From contig NC_087251.1 of the NCBI RefSeq assembly GCF_037042905.1, positions 39,930,001-39,994,000 on the forward strand: DNA of 64,000 nucleotides, written 5' to 3'. Shown in pieces: positions 27,070-38,555 of this stretch; position 1 is the first letter of the stretch; each line of letters begins with the position of its first letter. The stretch comes from Lytechinus pictus. Taxonomy: Eukaryota. Below the pieces are notes generated by a model. It saw only the letters and a list, made by a program, of their open reading frames with translations, was not told where the DNA came from and made no database searches. Made by a program: the position numbers and the translations under genes.

Positions 27070-30040
27070 GAGAGCTTCGTCACCCTTCCATCGGAAAGCA
27101 ACTCGTCTCATTTCATCTACTACTATCTTCGTCACCCTTTCATAATAAAAAAAAACTAGTCTCCATCTACCAGTAGCTTCATCAATCTTTCATCACAGAG
27201 AAACTAGTTTCCTTCCATCTATCACCAGCTTCGTCACCCTATCATCGGAGAGCAACTCGTCTCATTTCATCTACTACTATCTTCGTTACCCTTTCATCAT
27301 AGAGACACTAGTCTCCTTCCATTTACCACCATCTTCGTCACCCGTTCATCAGAAATCAACTAGTCTCCATTTACCACTAGCTTCGTCACCCTTACATCAG
27401 AAAGTATTAAATCTTGTTCTATTTACCACTAGCTTCGTCGCCCTTTCATCAAAGAGCAACTGGTCTCCTTCCCTCTACAGCTAGCTTCGTCACCCTTCCA
27501 CAGAGAGGAACTCCTCTTATTTCATCTACTACTAGCTTCGTCACCCTTTCATCAGAGAGCAACTAGTCTCCTCCATCTATATCACTAGCTTCGTCACCCT
27601 TCCACAGAGAGGAACTCCTCTTATTTCATCTACTACTAGCTTCGTCACCCTTTCATCAGAGAGCAACTAGTCTCCTCCATCTATATCACTAGCTTCGTCA
27701 CCCTTCCACAGAGAGGAACTCCTCTTATTTCATCTGCTACTAGCTTCGTCACCCTTTCATCAAAAAATATTTAAGATAAATGATATTAATACTTTACAAT
27801 AGCACTGTTTATGTATAGATATAATTACGACATGCTTCCTCCAGTATTCACGGATTTATTTTCATATAATAACAATTTACACTCATATCCAACAAGAACA
27901 TGCAATAATATTCACTTAAACAATCCCAGGACACTATTTGCACAAAAAACACTAAGACATCAGGGACCTGATATTTGGAATGCATTGCCAGATTCACTCA
28001 AGCTGACAAGATCATTTTATTCCTTTAAACGAACTATAAAAGAAATGCAATTAAACCAATACCTAACAAATTAAAAAAAGAAAATCATTACCATTGTTAT
28101 CATTATTTTAATTAGACATTGACTTTTATCTAGAACATGTATAAATTAAAATCAAACAACAAAACGTGTTATTTTCTAAAATTCCATGCTAAGGACCAAG
28201 CATCTCCCTCCCCCCCCCCCCCAGTCCCTCATGCACCTGCACGTTTAATGACAATAGATATTAATTATTTTGGCTATATTTCAGGGTTGTTACGTTTTCA
28301 AGCTTTGCTTTTGTGACGACCCTTGCAACCATCCTATGTATTGTGTAACAGAAAATACCACTTAATGATTTTCATTTATGTAAGATATGTTTGAGGATTT
28401 ATATACAAAACTATTGTTCATTATCTTGATGTCAAGTTTCAGATATGTATTTTCATGTCCAGAATTTTGTTATGAAAAATGTTGCAAAAACCAATAAATG
28501 AAATGAAAAATGAAAAATGAAATCAACTAGTCTCCTCCATCTAAACCACTGGCTTTGCCACCCCTTTGCCACCCTTTCATTATAGAGAAACTAATTTTGT
28601 TCAATTTATCTTAGAGAAACCAGTTTTCTTCCATCTACCACTAGCTTCGTCACACTTTTATCAGAGAGCAACTCGTCTCCTTTCATCTATTACTAGCTTC
28701 GTCACATTTTTATCACAAATCAACTAGTCTCCTCCATCTAAACCACTACCTTCGTCGCCCTTTCATCACAGAGAAGCTATTCTCCTTCCATCTACCACTA
28801 GCTTTATCACCTTTCCACTGAGAGCAACTAGTCTCATTTTACCTATAACTAGCTTCGTCACCCTTTCATCAGAAATCAACTAGCCTCCTCCATCTATATC
28901 ACTAGCTTCGTCACCCTTTCATCATATAGAAACTAGTTTTCTTCCATTTACCACTAGCTTCGTCACCCTTTTCTCAGAGAACAACTCGTCTCATTTCATC
29001 TGCTACTTGCTTCGTTACCCTTTCATCAGAGAGCAACTACTCTCATTTCATCTGCTACTAGCTTCTTCGCCCTTTCATCAGAGAGCAACTAGTCTCCTTC
29101 CATCTGCCAAGACTAGTTTCCTTACATCTACCACTAGCTACGTCACCTTTTCATCGGAGAGCAACTAATCTCCTTCCATCTACTACTAGCTTCGTCACCC
29201 TTTCATCAGAAATCAACTAGTCTCCTCCATCTAAGCCACTAGCGTTGTCACTCTTACATCAGAAAGTAACAAACCTTGTTATATTTACCACTCGCTTCGT
29301 CACCCTTTCATCAGAGAGCAACTCGTTTAATTTCATCTTATACTAGCTTCGTCGCCCTTTCATCAAAGAGCAACTCGTTTCATTTCATCTGCTACTAGCT
29401 TCGTCGCCCTTCCACAGAGAGGAACTCGCCTCATTCCATCTACCACTAGCGTCGTCACCCTTTCATCAGAGAGCAATTATTCTCCTCCATCTAAACCACT
29501 AGCTTCGCCACCCTTTGATCCTAGAAAAACTAGTCTCCTTCCATCTACCACTAGTTTCATCACCCTTCCACGGAGAGAAACGAGTTTTCTTCCATTTACC
29601 ACTAGCTTCGTCACTCTTTTATCAGAGAGCAACTCGTCTCATTTCATCTACCACTAACGTCGTCACCCTTTGATTATAGAGACACTAGTCTCCTTCCTTC
29701 TACAACTAGCTTCGTCACCCTTCCACAGAGAGCAATTAGTCTCATTTCATCTGCTACTAGCTTCGTCACCCTTTCATCATAAATAAACTAGTCTCATTTC
29801 ATCTGCTACTAGCTTCGTCAACCTTTCATCAGAGAGCAACTACTGTCATTTCATCTGCTACTAGCTTCGTCACCCTTTTATCAGAAATCAACCAGTCTCC
29901 TCCATCTAAACTACTAGCTTCGTAACCCTTTCATTATAGAGAAACTTGTTTCCTTCCCTCTACCCCTAGCTTCGTCACCCTTCCACAGAGAGCAACCAAT
30001 CTCCATCTACCACTAGCTTCGTCATCCTTTCATCAGTGAG
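27070..30040. repeat. 52-bp minisatellite array, copy C (LINE-interrupted)
   Basis: Same monomer with its own variants (CTCATTTCATCTGCTACTAGC; CCTTCCACAGAGAGGAACTC), interrupted at 27763-28522. Confidence 0.95.
27763..28522 (+). mobile_element. 5'-truncated LINE 3' end (CR1-group: CR1/L2/Crack type) inserted in the minisatellite
   Basis: ORF 27811-28074 (MYRYNYDMLPPVFTDLF…HSYPTR…GPDIWNALP…SFKRTIK) resembles the post-RT C-terminus of CR1-group ORF2. It is followed by a UTR, AATAAA and a TGAAA(AA) tail, and it splits a 52-mer. Confidence 0.88.
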
Positions 30041-31861
30041 TAACTTTGTGGCTCTTACCATGATCATATACTCAACATCACACCGTCAGTAAAGTCTGCT
30101 GCTTCTTTTGATTATTTCACCCTCCGTCTATATAAATGTAAGTAATCGATAATCCTGAACGATATAACATTTTTTTTCACATTTAATCAAGAGCCATAAG
30201 GCAATTTCCATATTATTTTCATTCATTTTACATTTTATTAGATGAGGTAATTCATTAAACCAAAGAGTATTCATTAGGTATGACGAAGAACAATAATTTT
30301 GCAAGTTACAATTAAACTGGAATGTATGATACTCAAAATTTAAACGGAAAGTCCAATTGATACAATGATTATCTGACTTTATCCCATGATTTTGAAAAAG
30401 AAAACGACAAAATCTTATATCTTGTTCCAGGAAAAATTGGAATCAAAGTCCTAAAAATTAGAGAGGAATTTAGTAGAAAAAACAGGGTTGAAAGTAGTAT
30501 TGAAAATGTTATTTTTCTCTTCGTTGTTTTAATATCAGCTCAGTGATTTTTCTTTCCTATTTAGGGGAGATCATGTGATCAAGCAATTGCTTTTATATGG
30601 CAATGATGGCCGAGAGAGTACACTGGTGTACAGATAAGACTGGCGGGATGATTACAAGGGCCGATTCATTAATTCTGTGTGGTATATCCCCCTTTTTTAG
30701 GCTGGACAAGATTGAAGATAATGTTAATAATGGTCATTCTTATTTACTCCAATTAGCCACTTCGCGTCAGCATTTATTGGCAGTCTTCTACAGAAGTAGT
30801 CCATGTTTGATGCAGAATATATCATAATACCCTTGCTAACGACTCTCCTAGCGGAGCCATCTTGATATGCTTCTGTCGTAATTATGATATTATTATACTA
30901 TTAATGACTCGCATTAACTCAAAATAGTCACTTGGTTTGAACTGACGGTCTTCCAGCGGCTGGATGCATTCTAGTTATATTTCTTTTTATTTTGATTATA
31001 TAATATTAATAATGATTATTTTTTACAGTGAAACTACCTGTGGTGCCGGCGGCGGTGTTCTATTGCCCCTGTTAAAATATGCAATGATATTTTTTAAGCC
31101 TTATGAATTCCCCTTTAGCTGTGTCCAGTGCCCAGCTAACATGATGTGTTTTTATTTCACTCACTCAAAGCGGACCATACAACAACAAAAGTCCAATATG
31201 TACTTATTGAAATTATTATGGATTAATTACACAAGCGTGATGTATGTTTCCCTTATTTTGTCTGAAAGCATTTTGATTATATTATGAACAATAATTGTTT
31301 TTATTTCACCAAGGAAAACCACTTCAGCTGGTACTGGCCGTCTTCTATATAACTTATAACTTCTGATCTTTATTGTCTTCTCTTTTCAGGCTTGATAATT
31401 TTTAAACATGAATATTCACAATGACTCTTATTTTCCAGGTTAGACCGTTCAGTTATAATGGTTTTTTCCAGCGACCCTGCTATAATGACCATTGAAATAT
31501 ATTTTATTACCTATTGTAGCCACTTATTAACATCCTTAAACCATGTCTACGGGCCCTGCTAAAATGATATGTTTTTACTTTTTTCTCTCATTCTCAGAAG
31601 CAAAGCGACTGATACAAAAACAATAGTCCAATACATGTACTTCCTGTTTTCTTTTTGATTAATTATGTCAACTGAGTGTATTTCCAATTTCCTTAACTTT
31701 TCTTTTTTCTTCTTTTCCGACTTTTTTATTATGAAAATCAATCATCTTTTTTTTTATTACCAAGGAAAGCTTCTTCAACTGATGTTTGCGGTCGTCTATT
31801 GATCCTGCTTACATTAGTAATGACTCTTGATATTCCTTAACCCTGCCTCTTGTCTTTCGAA

Positions 31862-31915
31862 CTAATATTATTATTATTATAATTTTTATTATTATTATTA
31901 TTATCATTATTATTT
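31862..31915. repeat. (ATT)n microsatellite
   Basis: Direct reading. Confidence 0.85.
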
Positions 31916-32255
31916 CGAACTAGCCCATTCAGCTCTTATTGGTCGTGTTCCAGCATGCTCAACTATTAAGCACGATATGTTTTTATTTCCCTTCTTTCAT
32001 TCTCAAAAGCAGAGTGGCTGATACAAAGAAATTCCCATTCTTTCACTATCTAGCTAGCAGCCTGGCGGTCACTTGGGCAGCTTGGAACTCAAATAAACTA
32101 CCCTTTTTGAATTCCAGACTAACATTATCCTTTTCCCTTGATTGTTTTCGTTGCTCATGTTATGATGAGCTAAAGTTTTTTTTTATCATTCTGGATATTC
32201 GTTCTGATTTCGGTTTGTTTGTGTTGATTATTATTATAAATCTAATTTAATCTAG

Positions 32256-32460
32256 ATTTTGTTTGTTGCTCTTGTATTTTTTAGCATTTTTTTCCTGTTG
32301 TAATTTGTTACGATTTGGCTTGCTCGTTTTGATCATTATACATTTAACTGGATCTTTATTTTGTTCGTTGCTCTTGTCATTTTGAGCATTTTTTCATGTT
32401 TGTTATTTGTTATGATTTGATTTTCTCGTTTTGATTATCATACATGTTACTGGATCTTCA
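32256..32460. repeat. Two-copy ~102 bp T-rich tandem duplication
   Basis: TTTTGTTYGTTGCTCTTGT…AGCATTTTTT…TTTTGAT…ACTGGATCTT occurs twice in succession. Confidence 0.8.
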
Positions 32461-32697
32461 TGTTATTTTAGTCTTTGTATGTATGTTTGTTTGTGCAAGT
32501 TTGTGAAATTTGTTATATATGTATTTATTATTTATCATTTCCATCCATCCACCATATATAATTCACGGGGATTTTATACTAACCATTATCAAGCATTTCA
32601 TGATTTAGTTATTTCCCTTTTGGTTATACGTGTAATCACCTTTTATTTATACTAACCCGGGGTCATGCTGCTACCTTCACGCGGTGACTCTGTTAAC

Positions 32698-32895
32698 GTG
32701 CAAGGGCGTCACTAGTGGGGGTAAGATGCAGACAACTTTGCCGAAATTATCAGTTATCTAGAATACGCCCACAGACTTCTGAGAAAAAATTTGTGTATAT
32801 ATGATTTTTAAAAATAAATCCTAGGTGAATTACTTACCAGTGGAAACAAATCCAGTTGTTAACTTGGTACACACAATCTGGTAACGCCCTTGCAC
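32698..32895. mobile_element. ~200 bp MITE-like element
   Basis: GTGCAAGGGCGTCACTAG … CTGGTAACGCCCTTGCAC inverted ends; no clear TSD. Confidence 0.6.
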
Positions 32896-33419
32896 AACTA
32901 AAGCAGCCATTATCCTTTTATTTTCATGTCATTTCTCATTTTCTCTTGTGACGTTACAATTCAATCGTCAAAGTAATCTCATTAAATTTGAAGAATTACA
33001 CATCACAATTATATCACTAATGGTATGTAAGTCACGTTATTTCATGCAAGCGTTAGTTAATCTAATTTAATGTATAAAGGTAATCCTACTCGATTGAAAT
33101 CTTGTTTTTAATCCAAACGATCGGCTCGCATTTCTCGCTGACATTCCCGACCTTTCGTTTGAGGACGCGCACGCTTATTTACGACGGTAGTTGATTTTGG
33201 AAGAGACTTTTTGGGCCCGTCATCATGGTCGTAAAACTCTGTCCTGCAATGCAAATTGTGTGACATGAGATTATTTTTTTCGTTTCGCATCTGCGACGGA
33301 AACATTCAATATGCGTTTCGTGTGCAAAATTCTGGTTGCTTATATGGTAACAGCGATATATCCGATTGAGGACGACTTTCCAAAGCCACATTTGACTCCT
33401 CCTAGAGCTCGAGAGGCCG

Positions 33420-33718
33420 CCCGGGGGCCCACTTCCATTGATTAGTGGATACCAGGAGCGAATACGCGTTAAAGGGGACAGAGTGGGCAGGTACGTTACT
33501 TATAGGCCTATGTAACGTAATAAGGGTGTCAAAACGATGTTTAAAATGCTGAAAAAAAGGGATATATATCCAATACTTGTAGGGTTTCACAAGCCAAATA
33601 CTTGTTAAGAGATGCATTTTCATAATCTGGAAAAGAATTGCTTCCCTTGTTTAGGGTACTTTTCGAAACCTCATGGTCGTGCCTGGTATCCACTCATCAA
33701 TGGAAGTGGTCCCCCCGG
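33420..33718. mobile_element. MITE with CCCGGGGG-type ends
   Basis: CCGGGGGCCCACTTCCATTGATTAGTGGATACCAGG versus CCTGGTATCCACTCATCAATGGAAGTGGTCCCCCCGG. A related fragment lies at ~45216-45305. Confidence 0.8.
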
Positions 33719-34225
33719 AATTTGAATCTAATCCTCCATTTCTGGGGAAAGTAAAACATAATGCCCATTACATCGTGTGCGAGAGGCATATCGTTTGTGT
33801 AGAAGGAGTAAACAAAAGAAACAAAAGAAACAAAGAAACAAAAGAAACGAGTTCAAACGTATTGCGTATGCTGTGCACATATCAACGCGTGCGAAATTTT
33901 CGGCTGGAGAGGTTGATCTGACCCATGAAATCAATTGCCAGTGATCCACCAATAATCCACATTAAATGTAATATCGATTCGATGGACTGTAATGATCTAT
34001 ATCTAAGCCTTCATTCAGTAAGTTTTTCCTCACTCAATATGTATGAGGCGCCGATTGTACCAATATTATATAGAACAATTATTTGTTATATAATAATTAT
34101 TTATTAAATAATAACTATTATTTATATATAATTTACATTTTATTTGTAAATAATTACTATTATATAAAATAACATTTCTAATTATTTATATATAATTCCA
34201 AGTAATCTTTCTAAAAAAAAAAACC

Positions 34226-34970
34226 TTGAAAGCGAGACAACCACGCAACCAAGCTTGGTCGCTTCGCTGTCTCGCTTTCAACTTGAGTTGCGTTTACGCG
34301 CGTCTGCCCCCATCTCCCGAAAGAAATTCTTTTCAATTTCATTATTTTTATCTCATTATCACTATGGCCTTACGCAGAAATTTCCGGGGGGGTGGAGCTT
34401 GTCATTTGAGCTTGGTCGCGTCGCTGTCTCGCATTCAAGATTTTTTTTAGAAAGTTTACGCGCGTCCTGCTCCCCTCCCCCCCCCCCCCCCGGAAAAAAA
34501 TTCTGCATAAGGCCATGATGATAATGTGATAAAAATAATGAAAATGAAAAGTATATATAAATCAATGGTGCCATATGCTCTTTTTCAGCATGGCCGTTCA
34601 CAGAATTTCTTTCGGGAGATGGGGGCAGACGCGCGTAAACGCTCTCAAGTTGAAAGCGAGACAGCGAAGCGACCAAGCTTGTCATTTTGGCTTGGTCGCG
34701 TGGTTGTTTCGCTTTCAAGGTTTTTTTTATAGAAAGTTTACGCGCGTCATGCTCCCCCCCCCCCCCCCTGAAAAAATTATGCGTGAGGCCATGGTGATAA
34801 TGAGAAAAAAAATATAAAAATAATAAAAATGAAAAGTATATATAAATCAATGTGCCAGGCTCTTTTGAGCATGGCCGTACACAGAATTTCTTTCGGGGGG
34901 GGGGGAGCATGCGTGTAAACTTGTTCTCAAGTTGAAAGCGACACAGCGAAGCGACCAAGCTTGTCATTTG
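34226..34970. repeat. Nested inverted and direct GC-rich repeats inside the foldback element
   Basis: Module GAAAGCGAGACAGCGAAGCGACCAAGCTTG and its reverse complement occur several times; ~34250-34330 is the inverse of ~34602-34680. Confidence 0.85.
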
Positions 34971-35694
34971 GGCACTTTTTGGAGTTTTAAAAGTGAAATA
35001 TGAAGGCTTTCGTGCACACTTTTGGTGAATTTTGTGATAATTTTCAATAGAAAAATAAGTTTTCAAAAATTTAGGGGTCATCATGCCCCCGTATTGTCGT
35101 TGCGAGCATTTTTGGGAAAAATTAATTTAACAAAAACAAAAAAACAAAAAATTATAGAAAGTAGAAGGGCCTGATTCACTTACACTCACTCTCTCAGCTC
35201 ATATGCACTTGATCCGGATTTCGGGCTAAATTACGCCCGACAGTTCCGGGGACCAACCAACGTAATATTTCGATGAAGAGCATTTCGTCGATTCACCGGT
35301 TAGTGGATTTCTAACAAGTGGGTCTCGCGTGCTGGGATCTCACTTCTGGTGTCCACAACACGCAACTTCTATGGCTTAATTTTTCTGTGCGCGACAACAT
35401 GTAATGAACCCTTGGATTGTTCCTACGATCAGAGAGAAAAGGTGAAATACACGCGCGCCTGCGAAGATTGTGAACTGTAGGAAAAATTGTATAAAATTAA
35501 ACTTTTTGATATTTCTACGAAGACGAAGTTATATAGAAAATGAAGAATATTACAATCAGACCATATCCCTAGAAAATTACTTCAAGAAATGCCATTATGA
35601 AGAGGAAACGGACAAAAATTTGTGAAGAAAAATCACGAAAAAGGAAATCATGAATATTCATATCATGGGCGGTCCCACATTTGCATGTTATAGC

Positions 35695-36390
35695 GAGTTT
35701 TCCATTATTTAATAAATAATTGCATTATTCAATAAATAATGGTTATTTGTATATAAATAATGATTATTTGTATATAATGGCAAACTGTAAAAATTGTTTA
35801 TAAATAATGATTATTTATAAATAATGGGATATTGAAACTAAATTATTATTTATAAATAATGAAGTAGATATTTCATTATTTAACAAATAATCTTTATTTA
35901 TAAATAATGGAAAACTCAACATTAAATAATGATTATTTATAAATAATGAAAATAATGGCGCACTCGAAAAAATTATTTATAAATAATGAAGTAGACGTTT
36001 TCATTATTTAACAAATAATCATTATTTATAAATAATGGGAAACTCAACAAATTATTTATAAATAAAGAAATGTGCACTGGCATTGTTAATAAATAATTAT
36101 TATTTATAAATAATAGAAAACTTATTTATAAATAATGGAAAAACGAATTGCAATTATTTATAAATAATGAAGTATGTAGTGTCATTATTTATAAATAATG
36201 AAAAACGAAAATCATTATTTATAAATAATAAAAGACAAATAATCATTATTTATAAATAATGAAAAACAAATAATCATTATTTATAAATAATGAAAAACAA
36301 ATAATCATTATTTATAAATAATGAAAATCAAATAATCATTATTTATAAATAATGGAATGTCGAACTTCTATTATTTACAAATAATGAAGA
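35695..36390. repeat. AT-rich palindromic subterminal repeat array
   Basis: Repeated palindrome ATTATTTATAAATAAT, including ~31-bp tandem units at 36210-36355. Confidence 0.9.
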
Positions 36391-36713
36391 ATTACTTGGA
36401 ATTATATATAAATAATTAGAAATGTTATTTTATATAATAGTAATTATTTACAAATAAAATGTAAATTATATATAAATAATAGTTATTATTTAATAAATAA
36501 TGATTATATAACAAATAATTGTTCTATATAATATTGGTACAATCGGCGCCTCATAAATATGTACTCAATTTGTTTGAAAAACCACTTTCTTATCCATGTC
36601 ATAATCTATTTTAGGTCCTGCATTTCGAATATCTCCAGCCATCAGTCGTAATATACATGCATGTATGGTGGGTGTCGCGGAAAAGGATTTTGCACACGAA
36701 AAGCAGATCTGTA

Positions 36714-36855
36714 GGGCCTGTAACCCCCCTGTAACACAAAGCTTAGCATTGATTGTAGAGCAGTTTTCTACGTTTGATTCTATTGACTATAATGCACAAT
36801 CAATCTTAAAAATCAAGTGTATGATTAAGCGTTAACTTTTGTGTTAGGGGACCCT
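36714..36855. mobile_element. ~135 bp MITE (Harbinger-like ends), diverged copy
   Basis: GTAACACAAAGCTTAGC…GTTAACTTTTGTGTTA; same family as 56809-56943. Confidence 0.7.
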
Positions 36856-37452
36856 AATATTAGCGTCCGTGAGGACTGCGAAAGGTCCCTGCCTTGTTCA
36901 GTGAGATAATATCTGCTAAGAGGATATTGTGGGGCTTAAGACATCCCCTTTAAAGTCCATGCAGAAATTAATCTGCTTGCGATTCGAGTTTTCATTAGTT
37001 TAGCGAGGTGCGCATCCTGTCTGTGATTGCAAAAAATGATGAACATTATATTAGGCCTATGTGATTAATGAGATACGTATCGTCTTCATGAATCCCACAA
37101 AGCAGTTTTTTCAAATGTCCCATTTTCAGGTGAGTATATTAAATATTCTCAGCTCGCGTTTTTCAATCGCACTAATTTTTAGTCAGATACACATCCTGCT
37201 CAAAATTACAAAAAGTGCTTGAATAAAGGCATATATCGCCAAAATATTTCATTTCGTGATTCGCGCTCACATCATTTATGTAGTGAGATTCATGTCCTTT
37301 TCACATTTTTTAATATAAATGTTAAACATTGCTTAAATTGTCCCCTTTCAAGTCGGTATATCTAAAATTGCAGCTCGCGTTTCGCGCTTACATTGTTTAT
37401 TTCAGACACACAGTTTTACAGTTTTCAGGAAGGAATATCAAACATTTGATAT

Positions 37453-37522
37453 TGACGCCGCCGCCGCCGTCGGAAAAGCGGCGCCTATAGTGTCGCTCTG
37501 CTATGCAGGCGAGACAAAAAAG
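37453..37522 (+). mobile_element. Isolated end fragment of a Helentron/HINE-like element
   Basis: Nearly identical to 43770-43844 (GCCGCCGTCGGAAAAGCGGCGCCTATAG…ATGCAGGCGAGACAAAAA). Confidence 0.8.
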
Positions 37523-38117
37523 GGGCAGGCAGGTCAATTCTACACTTTCCACAGTATACAGATCAAAAATAAGCAACTGAAAAGCATTTTTTTCAAGAGA
37601 TTGGATTTATTTAAAAATTCATTCAAGGTACCACCTAGCAGAAGCTGACCTCTTGCATCAATGGGGCAAAACCTGACCCTCACAAAATGACCAGCAGCCT
37701 GATCTGAGCTGGGGTCTTCTTGACAAATCACAAATATGTGACATCACTATAGAGAGACATATTTTTCAGTTTACAGAGAAGGGCACTGGATACTATTGTG
37801 CATGGTATACAACTTTCCACAATGAGAGTGCTTTATTAATGATTGCAATGATATTTTCTGTAGCCAATAGTATATATGCAGACAATGCATCAAATTACCT
37901 AGTGATTATGTTCCTGGGGGCAATAGTTGTCTCTTTTCTATGGGGGGGGGGGGGGGGGGGGGGGGGGGCTGCTCACATTCATCAAAATTTTGCCTCAAAA
38001 AGAAATTTCTCTTAGTTACCCCCCCCCCACCATCCTCTTTCCCAACTACTCCCTTCCCTCTTCCTTGTCATAAGAATGAATCTTCTTTGTAGTCTTTCAT
38101 TCACCCTTGAACAAACC

Positions 38118-38555
38118 GGTTACACTTCGTAATTCCGAAACACGTAAATTGCCTATACCTCGATGTTCGTTAATCCGAACATTTGTGGCGTTATTCCGAA
38201 GGTTCGATAATCCGAAAACGAAATAAGGTTCGATGTTTCGAAGGTTCGTCAATCCGAAAATGAAATAAGGTTCGTTTTTCCGAAGGTTCGTTAATCCGAA
38301 AACGAAATAAAGTTCGTAAATCATTAGTTTTTGGACTAACGAACCTTCGGAATTACGAACCTCATTTCGTTTGCGGATTAACGAACCTTCGGAATTACGA
38401 ACCTCACTTCGTTTTCGGACTAACGAACCTTCGGAATTACGAACCTTATTTCGTTTTCGGACTAACGAACCTTCAGAATTACGAACCTTCGGATAACGAA
38501 CCTTCGGAATATCCGAACCTTCGGAATAACGAAGCTTCGGAATTACGAATGTATG
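38118..38555. mobile_element. Palindromic MITE built from AACGAACCTTCGGAATT repeats
   Basis: ACACTTCGTAATTCCGAA … TTCGGAATTACGAATGT ends, with internal repeats inverted about the centre. Explains the 196-aa repetitive ORF 38097-38687. Confidence 0.85.

Larger units (their letters stand above)
22364..32039. repeat. ~9.7 kb tandem unit, copy C (terminal, most diverged)
   Basis: Colinear with A and B but more diverged toward the right. It carries a LINE insertion at 27763-28522, and similarity stops at ~32039. Confidence 0.9.
34042..36555. mobile_element. 2.5 kb non-autonomous foldback-type DNA transposon, IS3EU-like ends
   Basis: ~165 bp near-perfect TIRs starting TATGAGGCGCCGATTGTACC (34042-34207 and 36391-36555). 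Exact 6-bp TSD AATATG at 34036-34041 and 36556-36561. No transposase. Confidence 0.88.

Noticed and set aside
1..32039. Assembly artefact (false tandem duplication)
   Set aside because: Copies differ by many substitutions, private deletions and private SINE/LINE insertions, and the terminal copy is strongly diverged. An allelic origin of the two closest copies cannot be fully excluded without spanning reads.
34362..35084. 240-aa ORF as a transposase or cargo gene
   Set aside because: It is a translation of GC-rich repeated modules and homopolymer runs, with no catalytic motifs.
37942..37968. Long poly-G tract as a specific regulatory G-quadruplex
   Set aside because: Poly-G/C runs are scattered throughout the window and nothing singles this one out.
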